A DNA stretch of 64,000 nt from NCBI GenBank assembly GCA_037441675.1, contig JBBIRS010000002.1, positions 135,249-199,248 of the forward strand, given 5' to 3'. Origin of the DNA: Planctomycetales bacterium. GTDB lineage: Bacteria; 4484-113. The notes under the pieces are model-generated. The model was not told the DNA's origin, made no database searches, and saw nothing but the letters and a program-made list of their open reading frames with translations. Of the stretch, positions 1 to 10,352 are shown one piece after another; the first letter of the stretch is position 1; each line of letters begins with the position of its first letter. The translations under genes were made by a program, and so were the position numbers.

Positions 1-300
1 ATTTCTGAGAGTTACTTTGATGCGTTGTATAGAGTTATCAAGAATGAGAAATTTGGAGGAGATGATCTTATTAATACCGAACAGTTTCTAAAGAGACTAG
101 AAAGAAAGACGAAATTTGCTTCATATATGAACCTTAACCCATTGCAGAGAAAAACTTTTGGTGATGGTCCTTGGTTTAATTACAGTTCTTCAGTGTGGGA
201 TATTGGTTATAGGCCTAAGGCATACCCACTCTGCTGCGCACAAATGAAGAGCGATAGGAAGGGAGAAAGAGAAGAGGACATTCAAATCCATATCAGATAG
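1..300 (+). CDS. Partial hypothetical protein (C-terminal end; frame is open from the window start)
   Basis: The frame of ORF 25..300 has no stop back to position 1 and ends at TAG 298-300; no recognisable motif. Confidence 0.5.
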   Translation: MSESYFDALYRVIKNEKFGGDDLINTEQFLKRLERKTKFASYMNLNPLQRKTFGDGPWFNYSSSVWDIGYRPKAYPLCCAQMKSDRKGEREEDIQIHIR

Positions 301-395
301 ACTAATGAGCAGGGACAGTGAAGTTAGGAATGAATGGACTAGCGCCAGTTTTACTAGAGGAATGTAAATCCCTTAGTAAAAGGAGAACGTGAGCA

Positions 396-3300
396 ATGTT
401 GATGGTGACTAAAAGGAACAAGAGACAAAGGATAAAGGGTGCGGGAGTCAAGCCTCTCTGGCTTATGTCCGCACTTGCGGTATTTATTTTTCTATCTGCC
501 TGTAACAGCTCTAATAGCGTAACTACAATGCATAGAGCCGATAAGAATCCAGAATTTTCTGTTTCCCTTCAACCATCAGAAGAGAATACTTCACTAGAAC
601 AAATGGCGGCTTTATCCGAGATTCAACTTACTAACTCACCGGGAAGAGAATACATTGAGGTTGTCGCAAGTTTAGCGCGAGAAGTTCCCATTAGTGCAGA
701 TTTCACATGTGAACTTCTATATGAAGGTGAAGGATGGACGCCAGTATCGTTTGAAGTGGGAGATGCTTGGGGAAGCAAAGAAAATGTAATCTCGCTAGCT
801 ATTTTCGACGAACCCGGAAGAATTTATGTTGGTGTGAGTTACATTCCACCCTACCGCAATCAAAACCCAAAGGCGGGAAAACTATTCACAGTCGGTTTTT
901 CACAAAGCACAAACACTAAAGCAAAGGTTGTGTCTGCTCCACCTCGTGACGAGGTAAATCATATCTACAAGACTGAAGTGACAATTGACGATAGTTCTCT
1001 TGATTCGGATGGAAAGCTAACTCTCATTTGGAAGGAGAAAAACCAGGGCGATTACAACCGTGACGGTGCGGTTAGCATCGCAGATGTCGCTCCACTGGCA
1101 AGGTATTGGGGCTTCACCAACGAAGACAGCCTGGAAATAATGGAGGTTGTGGATGGAGATGGAACGGGAATCATAGACATAAGAGACATAGTGCCAATCG
1201 CCCGCAATTTTTTTAGCAGAATAGAAGGCTATCAAATCTGGCGAAATGGTCTTCCACCGGAAGATTATCTTCCTAATCTCGATAATCCATCAGATACGGA
1301 GATTAGCGCAAGCAGACCCGATTATCAATCTGCCCCGCCAGGGCGTCTTGAATATAGATATACGGATTCTCCACCGAACAGGGACCCGGGACTGTTCTAC
1401 ATAATTTATGCCTACGCAGGTGGTCAAAGGGGCGCGCGTTCCGACGAAATTTATCCCTTTGGGGAGCCTAGCGTGCCCGATACTACGCCTCCACAATGGC
1501 AGGACGGAGAAGGCATCACTTCCGCTATTCCTGGCGATGGTGAGGTGTACATCTCTTGGGCTCAAGCCGTTGATGAGCAGTCACCTCCTGTTTCATACCT
1601 ATTGTACTGGTCGGAAGCTTCAGTGGGAATAGACTGGGGCACGCCTCAGAGAACAGTTCCCCAAGGCTCCACTTCTTCTCTAGTGACGGGACTAAATAAT
1701 GGAACTGAGTACGAATTTGCAGTCCTAGCGCAAGATTCTGCTAACCCGCCAAATGTTACCACCAACAGAAACACGCTTCTTGCGACACCTACGGCTGGTG
1801 GTCCTGATCTTATTCCACCTTGGTGGGATGGGCCTGAGGGAATCCAAACAGCCACGCCAGGAGATAGGCAGGTAACAATTGACTGGACTACTGCGATAGA
1901 TGATGATTCACCGCCTGTAACCTACCTAATCTACTACGCTCCGGTTTCGTCCGGAATTGATTGGGTTACTCCACAACTCACAGTGCCAGAGGGGCAAACC
2001 ACTGAAACTATAACTGGTTTAACCAATGAAGTTGAATACGCGTTCGCAGTCCGAGCTCAGGATTCGGCTGACCCACCAAACGTAACTCTGAACTTCAACT
2101 ATCTAACAAGTATACCAAGGGCAGGTGGGCCGGATGAAACTCCTCCTGAATGGCAGGGGGCACCGGGAATACAATCCGCAGTTCCTGGAGATGGAGAGGT
2201 TATAATAAGCTGGACCGAGGCGGTTGACGCTAACTCCCCTCCGGTAACCTATTTAATCTACTACGCTGAGTCATCCACAGGTATAAATTGGACTACACCG
2301 CAAGATACCGCCCCGCAAGGGACACGGACGAAAGTAGTGAGTGGATTAACAAATGGAGTGGAGTACGAGTTCGCGGTCCAAGCGCAGGATAACGCATCGC
2401 CACCAAATGTTACAACCAATCGGAACACGCTTACCGCCACGCCTGCCTCAACGCCTCCTAACCCTTACCCGTTTGGCGAACCGCCATTGGGGCTATCAAT
2501 AATTCCTGACGCGACAGTCAACGACACAGCCATAGTGGTAGACTATGAAGGAAACCCCGCAATTGTCAGCGTTAATAAGGAAGAAGGTGTTGGAGGGCTC
2601 TGGCTACATTACTTTGATGAAGGAACAGCAAACTGGGTGAATCTACCCGTCGCTCCAGGTCCCGCTAGATTCTACCATCCAGACATTTTGCTCCTAAACG
2701 GTCAAATTTACGTGTCTTCCTTTGATGAAAGCACAGGAAAGGTTATGTTGTTCATCGGCGATAGCTCGGGAACCTCTTGGACTAGCGAAGTAGTAAGTGA
2801 CCCTACGGTCAGCTATCCTGTGTGCTATGCTTCAGAGATGGACTACTCAATGGTGCTAGGCGAAATTGGGATTATGGCAGTTCTTAGCATGGAGAATCCT
2901 CCCGGCAATCCAGATGCCCCACCAAACGAGGAGTTATACTATTTTTCGCGACCAATCGGAGGCAATAATTGGGAAAGGACATTAGTTGACAATGAGCGTC
3001 CAAGCATTTCTTTTGCCTCATTCAAGTTTAATCAAGAAACTGAACTACCCGGCATAGGCTATGCTCGTGGAAGAATAAAGTATGAAATTAACGAAGCTGT
3101 GTTAGAAACTAGGGTGGCATACGCGGAGCGAACCGCTGAAGGAAGCTGGATAAAGGCTGACCTTCCACTAACGAAGTACTCGGAGATGGTGGGTTTTGAC
3201 TTTAACACGGAAACTAGCGAGCCGATGATTGTTTTTTCAAACTCTCGCACGATACCCGAATTTGGCGATGCACCAATTACCGATGCAGCTTCTTATGAAA

Positions 3301-3698
3301 GGGCGCTTGGAAACTGGTACTTCTCTACGGTTGAAACAGGTTATTATGAGGTTCAAGATTTTACGATTATTCTTCACTACTTCGGGCTTGATTCTCAAGT
3401 GGACTTTGCTGAGGCAGGAAATGGAGTATATGCTTATGTAGCTTTAGAGCTTCAATACGACGCGCAATCCGAGGAATATCTCATCCTTACCAACATTAAC
3501 CTATCCCAGAGGGCTGGAGGATGGACAACACCTTATCCAGTAACCGATAATGAAACCGGGGCAAGCGCAATAAGCCTTGCCTACAACCCTGATAAGACTC
3601 AGATTTCCTTTGTCGCTATCGGTGTTCACGATAATCCTCTCGCCTTTTCAAGAAGAAATGATTATGTTGCTGGCTCCTTAGCGTATTACTCTGAATAA
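396..3698 (+). CDS. Large surface lipoprotein: cohesin-like domain, dockerin-like double EF-hand module, three FN3 repeats, C-terminal beta-propeller-like region
   Basis: SD AAGGAG upstream; lipobox LSAC; GDYNRDGAVSIADVAPLA...DGDGTGIIDIRDIVPIARNF; three 109-aa FN3 repeats (V.ISW..A.D..SPPV.YL.Y...GL.NG.EYEFAV.AQD). Confidence 0.85.
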   Translation: MLMVTKRNKRQRIKGAGVKPLWLMSALAVFIFLSACNSSNSVTTMHRADKNPEFSVSLQPSEENTSLEQMAALSEIQLTNSPGREYIEVVASLAREVPISADFTCELLYEGEGWTPVSFEVGDAWGSKENVISLAIFDEPGRIYVGVSYIPPYRNQNPKAGKLFTVGFSQSTNTKAKVVSAPPRDEVNHIYKTEVTIDDSSLDSDGKLTLIWKEKNQGDYNRDGAVSIADVAPLARYWGFTNEDSLEIMEVVDGDGTGIIDIRDIVPIARNFFSRIEGYQIWRNGLPPEDYLPNLDNPSDTEISASRPDYQSAPPGRLEYRYTDSPPNRDPGLFYIIYAYAGGQRGARSDEIYPFGEPSVPDTTPPQWQDGEGITSAIPGDGEVYISWAQAVDEQSPPVSYLLYWSEASVGIDWGTPQRTVPQGSTSSLVTGLNNGTEYEFAVLAQDSANPPNVTTNRNTLLATPTAGGPDLIPPWWDGPEGIQTATPGDRQVTIDWTTAIDDDSPPVTYLIYYAPVSSGIDWVTPQLTVPEGQTTETITGLTNEVEYAFAVRAQDSADPPNVTLNFNYLTSIPRAGGPDETPPEWQGAPGIQSAVPGDGEVIISWTEAVDANSPPVTYLIYYAESSTGINWTTPQDTAPQGTRTKVVSGLTNGVEYEFAVQAQDNASPPNVTTNRNTLTATPASTPPNPYPFGEPPLGLSIIPDATVNDTAIVVDYEGNPAIVSVNKEEGVGGLWLHYFDEGTANWVNLPVAPGPARFYHPDILLLNGQIYVSSFDESTGKVMLFIGDSSGTSWTSEVVSDPTVSYPVCYASEMDYSMVLGEIGIMAVLSMENPPGNPDAPPNEELYYFSRPIGGNNWERTLVDNERPSISFASFKFNQETELPGIGYARGRIKYEINEAVLETRVAYAERTAEGSWIKADLPLTKYSEMVGFDFNTETSEPMIVFSNSRTIPEFGDAPITDAASYERALGNWYFSTVETGYYEVQDFTIILHYFGLDSQVDFAEAGNGVYAYVALELQYDAQSEEYLILTNINLSQRAGGWTTPYPVTDNETGASAISLAYNPDKTQISFVAIGVHDNPLAFSRRNDYVAGSLAYYSE
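1476..2456 (+). repeat. Three tandem 327-bp coding repeats (FN3 domains)
   Basis: Units start at 1476 (PDTTPPQW), 1803 (PDLIPPWW) and 2130 (PDETPPEW), an exact 327-nt period with synonymous divergence. Confidence 0.9.
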
Positions 3699-3812
3699 AA
3701 TATCAAAGGGTTTGTTATGTTTATATCTATTGCATATCCCTAAAGATACTTCTGCGTTTTGCCCTCACCCCAAAAACAAATTTCTGTTATAATGTAAATG
3801 AGGATTTTTTGA

Positions 3813-4964
3813 TTGCAACATAGAAGGCATAAATTTGCACACACATTTGCTGGTGTGATTTTTATAATTCTTACTTCACTACTACCTTTTGCGGTAGAGT
3901 TACTCACAACTGAAGCTAGAGCCCAGTCAGTAAGCCTTCCACCTTTGGCGCCAGTGGAGCAAAGAAATCTGCTCACTGCGGGTGAAATTGGTAATTATTC
4001 TATAAGCGTCTTCTCTACCCTGGTGGTAGTGCCAGCGGATGGAGAGACAGAAGCAAAATTAACAGTAAAGTTAACAAATGCGGATGGAGTGCCTATTAGG
4101 GGAAAGACTCTTAGTCTTTCTCTAAAAGAAGGCACGGGATTCCTCATCCCTCTCACCCCAAACACTGATGAAAATGGAGAAGCGGAATTTACCTATCGCG
4201 CGGGAAGAGTTGCAATAACAAACACGATTACCGTTCTGGATTTTGAAAGTGGTGCAACTTTTGATTTTATACTGCCCACAAGTCTATCTGCGGTATTGAC
4301 CGTCAAACTTGTTGACCCAGCGGAATTTCAGCGTGAACGCTCTGCAAGTCTTGCGCGACCTGACATCTTTGATTTGGAGGTTACCGCATTTCCTGACGTC
4401 CTGGTAGCAGATGGTGCAAGCATTTCTCGGATAACCGCTCAACTTAGATTCAAAGATGGAAGACCTGCACCCGGTTTCCCAATTAACTTCAGAATTGTTT
4501 CAGGTTATGGAACTATAATTCAGGATAAAATCCTCACAGATGGCGGTGGATACATTGATGCCATTTACCAGGCAGGACTAAAAGTGGGTGTCGTTCTTAT
4601 TGAAGCTGTGGAACAAACCACTGGGAAAAGGGCAACTGTAGAGATTTCTGTAGTAGAGGCTGGACCTGCAAGGCTCAAGCTGTTCTTCGAGGACAGCGCG
4701 TTTTCAACCTCCGAGACTAGCGGAATTGTGCCAGCTGACGGATCCACCCGCGTTGAAATTGTTGCTCAGGTTTTGAGTTTGGCAGATACACCCATTAGTG
4801 GAATAAAGGTTGTTCTTGAACTAAAGAATTTGCTTGGGCGGTTAGAGATTACCAATGATTTGACCGATGCGAACGGAAAGATTCACGCCTTTTTTGTTCC
4901 TGGAACTCTAGAGGGAACTGAGGAAATAAGCGCCTTCATCGTTTCCGCAATTCCCGAAGATTAG
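3813..4964 (+). CDS. Secreted protein with three invasin/intimin-type Ig-like (Big_1) domains
   Basis: N-terminal hydrophobic signal; three repeats of PADG/VADG...T.....D..G.P..G...TD..G....Y.AG. Confidence 0.8.
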   Translation: MQHRRHKFAHTFAGVIFIILTSLLPFAVELLTTEARAQSVSLPPLAPVEQRNLLTAGEIGNYSISVFSTLVVVPADGETEAKLTVKLTNADGVPIRGKTLSLSLKEGTGFLIPLTPNTDENGEAEFTYRAGRVAITNTITVLDFESGATFDFILPTSLSAVLTVKLVDPAEFQRERSASLARPDIFDLEVTAFPDVLVADGASISRITAQLRFKDGRPAPGFPINFRIVSGYGTIIQDKILTDGGGYIDAIYQAGLKVGVVLIEAVEQTTGKRATVEISVVEAGPARLKLFFEDSAFSTSETSGIVPADGSTRVEIVAQVLSLADTPISGIKVVLELKNLLGRLEITNDLTDANGKIHAFFVPGTLEGTEEISAFIVSAIPED

Positions 4965-5095
4965 AAGAGAGAGCCTATGTTTTTTGATTGGTTAGAAGCC
5001 AAGCAAGGAACATATAAAGTTTCAGTTTTACTTACTAGCAAATTTTAACTTACTCATTTTTGGACAAAATCACCTATACGCTAAAATTTGCTCTT

Positions 5096-6328
5096 ATGCA
5101 AAGCGGATTAAATATAGAAGAGATAGTCAGGCGAATTTTATCAAAGGCAAGAGGAGCTAGCGCAGAATATAGACCCATAAGACACTGCTTCTCTCATCAC
5201 ATACAAGGGGATTTCAAGATTCATTCAAATTATCCACCATATCACATTGCCACTCAGGCTGGATTTGCGGTGTCCAGTAAAATCGTGAACGAGAAGCAAA
5301 AGAGGGGTGAAGTGCCTGCAATGCTCAAGTATCGTGGACACTTATCCCCATCTCTTCTGAAGGCAAAAGAAATATCTGAGGATTCCGCATACTCAGTGGA
5401 AGTGGGTGATTTCTTGCCTGATTGCTTTGATTGCGTCGTACAAGCAGAAATAGCGAAGTTAGATGGTTCCGTGCTTTTAATATCGGAAAAGATTGAGAGA
5501 TTTGCGAATATCTTAGTATCGGGTAGCTTCGCTTCATCCGTTAAGAACGAGATGATTAAGAGCGATGAGGAAATTGATGCTACTGAATTAGCTATCCTTT
5601 ATTCTCAACTGGAGGAGAACATCCAGGTCACTAGAAAGCCGACTGTTGGTTTAATGTTAACCGGACCTGGGCTGGCAGATTATAACGCCACTAACATTCG
5701 CAAGAACGCAATGAGGGAACTTCTTACACCGATATTCAGTTCACTGAACGAGAAGATGCGAGTTCCTTTCGTAAGCCTTGGCTTTCAGAATACTGAAATC
5801 TCTGAGATTATCCCAAAAGCGTTGGAGCAGGTTGAATTCCTTTTGCTATCCGGCCTTTTCTCCGACGAAGCATGGGGAAAAATTAAAAATTCATTAAAGA
5901 AAGGTTTCAACGTGGTTGTTGATGGTCTTCCACACCCCCTAGGAAGGAAGTTCTTAGCTTGCGTTGATAACTCTGATGCCTCCAGGTGGGCATTTGCTTT
6001 TTCATACCACCCTGTCTTTGCCTTTTTCATCAACTCATGCTTGTTAATGTCACTTCTCAAGGTCATATGCGGAGAGCCAAATCCAAAGCTAGATTTAAAC
6101 AATGGTGAAGTAAGTGAAAATGTTACTCATGGGAGTTATTATGACGAAATCTGGGTAGCTAAAGCAGAATACAAAAGGAATGATGAATACAAAGCATTGG
6201 TCAAACCTATTTGCCCAATAACAATTGCTTCACTAATAGATTTATCCAAGGGAAATTGCTTTGTGTTGAATGAGCAAGCAAAGCATGAGTTTTACGAAAG
6301 AGAGAACGTTAAATTCATCTTCTACTGA
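5096..6328 (+). CDS. Divergent MoeA/gephyrin-like protein
   Basis: MoeA-like length and remnant motifs (PPY..ATQAGFAV, VGDFLPDCFDCVVQAE, VTRKPTVGLMLTG, LSKGNCF); canonical motifs are degenerate. ATG 5096 preferred over TTG 5060. Confidence 0.65.
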   Translation: MQSGLNIEEIVRRILSKARGASAEYRPIRHCFSHHIQGDFKIHSNYPPYHIATQAGFAVSSKIVNEKQKRGEVPAMLKYRGHLSPSLLKAKEISEDSAYSVEVGDFLPDCFDCVVQAEIAKLDGSVLLISEKIERFANILVSGSFASSVKNEMIKSDEEIDATELAILYSQLEENIQVTRKPTVGLMLTGPGLADYNATNIRKNAMRELLTPIFSSLNEKMRVPFVSLGFQNTEISEIIPKALEQVEFLLLSGLFSDEAWGKIKNSLKKGFNVVVDGLPHPLGRKFLACVDNSDASRWAFAFSYHPVFAFFINSCLLMSLLKVICGEPNPKLDLNNGEVSENVTHGSYYDEIWVAKAEYKRNDEYKALVKPICPITIASLIDLSKGNCFVLNEQAKHEFYERENVKFIFY

Positions 6329-6413
6329 AGAAGCCTTCTTGGAGAATGTATAACCGAGCCTAGCCTTAAAGTTGAACTCATTTAGCCAAGAATTCGTCCA
6401 CTAACTAAGATAA

Positions 6414-9203
6414 TTGAGAGCGAAAATTCTGATAAAATTACTTTCCCCTATGAAGCCAGGAGTGAAGGGCAGTTGTAACGCAAGTTTGTTTACTTGGCGG
6501 TTGGTTCGCATTTCTGCGAAGCGAGCACTCGCATTGTTTTTAAGCATTTGCGTTACTCTTCTCCTATCGTTTTCTCTGTTAATTCCTCTTAACCCTGACA
6601 GCGCCAGCGCAGTTGATTTTATTGAAACGATTAAACCAAAGGCAGGTGAAACAAAAGAAGAAAATCAGGATAAGAAAAGCCAGGAAGATGATGACTCTAA
6701 TGCGCCAGTGGAAAATCAAAGCGAGAACATGAATGATGACGCAACAGTTGAGGAAAGGTTTGTGGTTTTAGCAACGCTTGAATCGGGGCAAGCAAAAGCC
6801 ATAGATTTCTCCTCTGGAGCATCCGAGGTTGAGAGCTCATCAGCAATCAAAGAGATTAGCCCTCAACCTAAAACGTTGAAACTCCCGCTGGGAGAGGATG
6901 TGCTTTACTTAGAGGCTTTTGATGAAGTCACATACGATAGAGCTAACAAAAAAGTAAAGCTTTTAGGAAGCGCCTTGATGGTGTTTGAAGATTTTCAAGT
7001 TGAAGCTGAGTTGATTGAAGTTGACGACATAGCGAAGAGCGCCTATCTCAAGGGCAAAATTGCACTCTCACAACGGGATGATGTTATATACGCCGACGAA
7101 GGCTACTTATCTTACGACAGCGGACAGTTTGAACTAATCAACGTCTCCGGCAACACGTCTGGCACGGAAGTTAGCGGTGTGCTATATTTCAAAGCTCAAA
7201 CCGCCAAGGGGAATTTTGACAATTTTGAGCTTCACAAGGTCTGGGCAAGTACATGCCCTCCACACTGTAAGGTTTATGAGTATGAGCTTACCGCGAAGAG
7301 AGCAAGAATCTTGCGTAATAAAGCAATCCACTTCTACAGCGTTTACGTTTACGCCAGAGAAAAGAAAGTTATGTTTCTTCCTCAATTATCACTACCCATT
7401 CGCCGATATGAGCCGTTTAGACAAACTGAGTCCCCGATTGAACAAAATTTTGGCTACAACCCTACTGAAGGCTACTTTGGGAAGTTTGCCTATACCTACT
7501 CAACGAAATACTTGGAAACAGTAACGCCAGCATTGCTAGGCGTTCTTAAACTAGAACTCACAGAAAAGCAAGGTCCTGGATTTGGCATCAGGCAGGATTT
7601 CAGTACTCCGTTGGGAGTAACAACCGCGAAAATCTATCACCAGCGCCAACAAAAAGGCGAGAAGGATCCCTCAACCGGGGAGACCAGGAAACCGGATAGA
7701 AACTTCCTTCTCTATATCGATCAGGAACTAAACTTTAGCAAAAACCTAACTGGCAAGCTGACTTTGAACAGGGAGAACAGGTATAGGATCTTTCGAACCC
7801 GCACAAATAATTGGCAAAGTAACTTCAATCTTAACTACTCAGGAAAGAAGTTAACAACTTCTCTTACAGGCTCGCAATCAATAAATATAACCGGCGGTTA
7901 TACAACTGGAGAGGGAAATGAGGTTCCACTATCTAAGAACATTACCGGTTCTCTAAGCGCAAACCAGAACCTTAAACTCACGGACAGAATAGCTCTTTCA
8001 TTACAGGAAAGCGTGCAAAGCAGGAAGAGAAACGATGGCAAACCATCAGACCTAGAGGGAAGGTTTACTTCGAGCCTAAGGCTGTCTCGCCCGGATTATA
8101 GCCTGAACCTAGCTTACGAGGAGGAAGCGATAGATTTAGATGGAGACCGATTCAAAGATGATAACAGATACTCTGTTAGAAGCAGAAAGCCTGGTATAGA
8201 ACTAACTTTTGCCAAAACTGCGTTCGGAAGAGGTTCATTTATTGAACGTGTCAATATAAACTTGGACAACTTATCAGACAAGCTAAGAGACCAGAAGGAG
8301 CTTGGTTCTGTGTGGCGGTTAAAATTTGACACAAACTTACTCAAGAGTTTTGGACGTAGCCCGGCAAGCCTGACAAGCACCTTAGGCTTTACGCAGTATA
8401 TGTACGATGATGGGAACGCTCAGTACGTTATGCGACCTACCCTGCGATTTAATTATACTGGTGGAGATTGGTTCAAGTTTGATTTCAACTGGGATAGAAC
8501 AGTCCAACACGGCGTCAAGAATCCTCCGGTTAGAGGTGAAGTAGCGCGTTCAAGAAATTACAGCACATTTGGAGTTAAGTTTAAGGCAGACCCTATCTTT
8601 CGACTCGCATTGCGAAGTAGTTACGACTTTTACAGTAGCAGATGGGGTAACCTTACAATAACTAATGACTTTGACCCCAACGAAAACTGGGGTGTAACCC
8701 TTTCCACTGGATACAATATTGAAAATGCAAGCTGGCAGCCGCTTACCTCTCGGTGGGAATTCTTCTCACCTGTGGACAATTGGAATCTCAGAGTGAACCT
8801 TACCGCACAGATTGATAAAAAATATTATATAGATAGACTGGACTGGACTTATTCCAAGCGCTATAAACGTGGATGGAGATTCTACGTTTATTCTTTCCAA
8901 ACTAGGCGCTCTATGGGACCTTTTTTTGACCGAGTGCAAATACAGAAACGAAATACCTGCACTACACTTAACTTCGGGTTTATCGGCGAGAGAAAGGAGT
9001 ATTACTTCTCTGTGTTTATAAACGCTTTTCCACGTTATCCAGTAGAAGCAAGGGCGAAGGATGTCTCTGATGGGGGCTGGGACTTCTGGATTAACACTCC
9101 TACTGGCGATATATTTGACATAAGACGCGGTTTGGGAAGTGGATTTTCCGGTTACACGGGATACAGTTTTCCCGGCTACTCACCAACTATACCAACTTAC
9201 TAA
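6414..9203 (+). CDS. LptD/OstA-like LPS-assembly outer-membrane protein
   Basis: Signal peptide, acidic linker, beta-jellyroll region with STCPPHC..YELTAKRARI (LptD TTC motif), GYNPTEGYFGK, long amphipathic beta-strand C-terminus. Start may be ATG 6450. Confidence 0.75.
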   Translation: MRAKILIKLLSPMKPGVKGSCNASLFTWRLVRISAKRALALFLSICVTLLLSFSLLIPLNPDSASAVDFIETIKPKAGETKEENQDKKSQEDDDSNAPVENQSENMNDDATVEERFVVLATLESGQAKAIDFSSGASEVESSSAIKEISPQPKTLKLPLGEDVLYLEAFDEVTYDRANKKVKLLGSALMVFEDFQVEAELIEVDDIAKSAYLKGKIALSQRDDVIYADEGYLSYDSGQFELINVSGNTSGTEVSGVLYFKAQTAKGNFDNFELHKVWASTCPPHCKVYEYELTAKRARILRNKAIHFYSVYVYAREKKVMFLPQLSLPIRRYEPFRQTESPIEQNFGYNPTEGYFGKFAYTYSTKYLETVTPALLGVLKLELTEKQGPGFGIRQDFSTPLGVTTAKIYHQRQQKGEKDPSTGETRKPDRNFLLYIDQELNFSKNLTGKLTLNRENRYRIFRTRTNNWQSNFNLNYSGKKLTTSLTGSQSINITGGYTTGEGNEVPLSKNITGSLSANQNLKLTDRIALSLQESVQSRKRNDGKPSDLEGRFTSSLRLSRPDYSLNLAYEEEAIDLDGDRFKDDNRYSVRSRKPGIELTFAKTAFGRGSFIERVNINLDNLSDKLRDQKELGSVWRLKFDTNLLKSFGRSPASLTSTLGFTQYMYDDGNAQYVMRPTLRFNYTGGDWFKFDFNWDRTVQHGVKNPPVRGEVARSRNYSTFGVKFKADPIFRLALRSSYDFYSSRWGNLTITNDFDPNENWGVTLSTGYNIENASWQPLTSRWEFFSPVDNWNLRVNLTAQIDKKYYIDRLDWTYSKRYKRGWRFYVYSFQTRRSMGPFFDRVQIQKRNTCTTLNFGFIGERKEYYFSVFINAFPRYPVEARAKDVSDGGWDFWINTPTGDIFDIRRGLGSGFSGYTGYSFPGYSPTIPTY

Positions 9204-9302
9204 GATGGACCTTTTATTAAGCCTTGAATTCTGTTAACTGAATAATCTGAAAATGCTTGAGAAGTTTCCTCTTAATACCAGCGAAAAACAATTGCAAACT
9301 TC

Positions 9303-10352
9303 TTAAAGCAATTGCGCTAGAATTTCCTTCTGTTTTTTATGCCTGGCGGAATACTCCTCGACCCTTTCGTAAAACAGTTTTCTATCAAAGCGAGAGACTG
9401 CTAGTTTCTTTAATTCTGAAATAGCTCTTCCACCAAGCCTAGCGCCAGTAAAACTTGGCATTCCACACTCATCGCAAAAAGCAGTAATCTTGGGATCATC
9501 TCCCACGCCAACAAATGGGACACCCGCTATTAGGGAAAGGACTAATCCGTGGTATCTTTCGCTGAAGATAACCTCGCAGTTTCGAATCTTAGTGAGAAAC
9601 TTTTCCGGGGGGACAAAGTTTAGAATCTCTTTGTCTAGCTTTCTGCCAAGTCGTTCTAACTTTCTCGGATTCTCCCACTCCACACGCTGAAGCACTCCTA
9701 CCACAATTTTACCGTCAGGGGGAAAATCGGGAGAGCTTAGAATTGCTGATCTAATATCACCCTTCACAACAAAACCCACTTCGTAATGTTCATCCTGCAC
9801 TTCAGAATAAGGAATCTCTGGTAAACTGGCAAAAACCGCGTCAGACGCGAGAAACCTCCGCTCAGAAGGAAGAACATCCGCGACGAATAGTGCGGTCTTC
9901 TTGTCCCGCGCAGAAAAGAATGAGGCTTTAGAGGTAATGTTCTTAGTCATTTGTGACCAAAAAGAACCATATATGGGGCCTATTCCCTGGTTTAGGAGAA
10001 ATACCTTCTTACCAAGCCTCGTAAATTCCCGTATCACAGAGAGATATAAAATGAGAGAGCGAGAACTTGTCTTATTTTGCAAAAGGCTACCACCCGGAGC
10101 TATTAAATGGCTTGCCTTCTTAATTAAAACTGAATATGGAAGAAAGGGAGATATTTTGACGTACTCTACATCCCCAAGAATGCCTTTCAAATACGCTTTG
10201 TAATCTTCAGTTGGAGCAGATTTAACCGTTAATACATAGGAAAATCCTTTCCCCTTTAGTAAATCTCCGTATGCTTGCAGAAAAGACTTGAGGATTAATT
10301 CATCACCCAAATTCCCTGCACCAAAGTATCCAAGTAGGAGCGCTTCAGGCAT
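9303..10352 (-). CDS. csaB: Polysaccharide pyruvyl transferase CsaB
   Basis: GYFGAGNLGDELIL, PGGSLLQNKTSSRSL..YL, QGIGP, SARD, SERYHGLV, DDPKI motifs. Confidence 0.88.
   Translation of the reverse strand: MPEALLLGYFGAGNLGDELILKSFLQAYGDLLKGKGFSYVLTVKSAPTEDYKAYLKGILGDVEYVKISPFLPYSVLIKKASHLIAPGGSLLQNKTSSRSLILYLSVIREFTRLGKKVFLLNQGIGPIYGSFWSQMTKNITSKASFFSARDKKTALFVADVLPSERRFLASDAVFASLPEIPYSEVQDEHYEVGFVVKGDIRSAILSSPDFPPDGKIVVGVLQRVEWENPRKLERLGRKLDKEILNFVPPEKFLTKIRNCEVIFSERYHGLVLSLIAGVPFVGVGDDPKITAFCDECGMPSFTGARLGGRAISELKKLAVSRFDRKLFYERVEEYSARHKKQKEILAQLL

Noticed and set aside
3798..3812. ATG AGG ATT TTT TGA in frame with the 3813 gene (possible TGA readthrough)
   Set aside because: No redox motif or SECIS-like hairpin; GAGG is well placed as an SD for TTG 3813.
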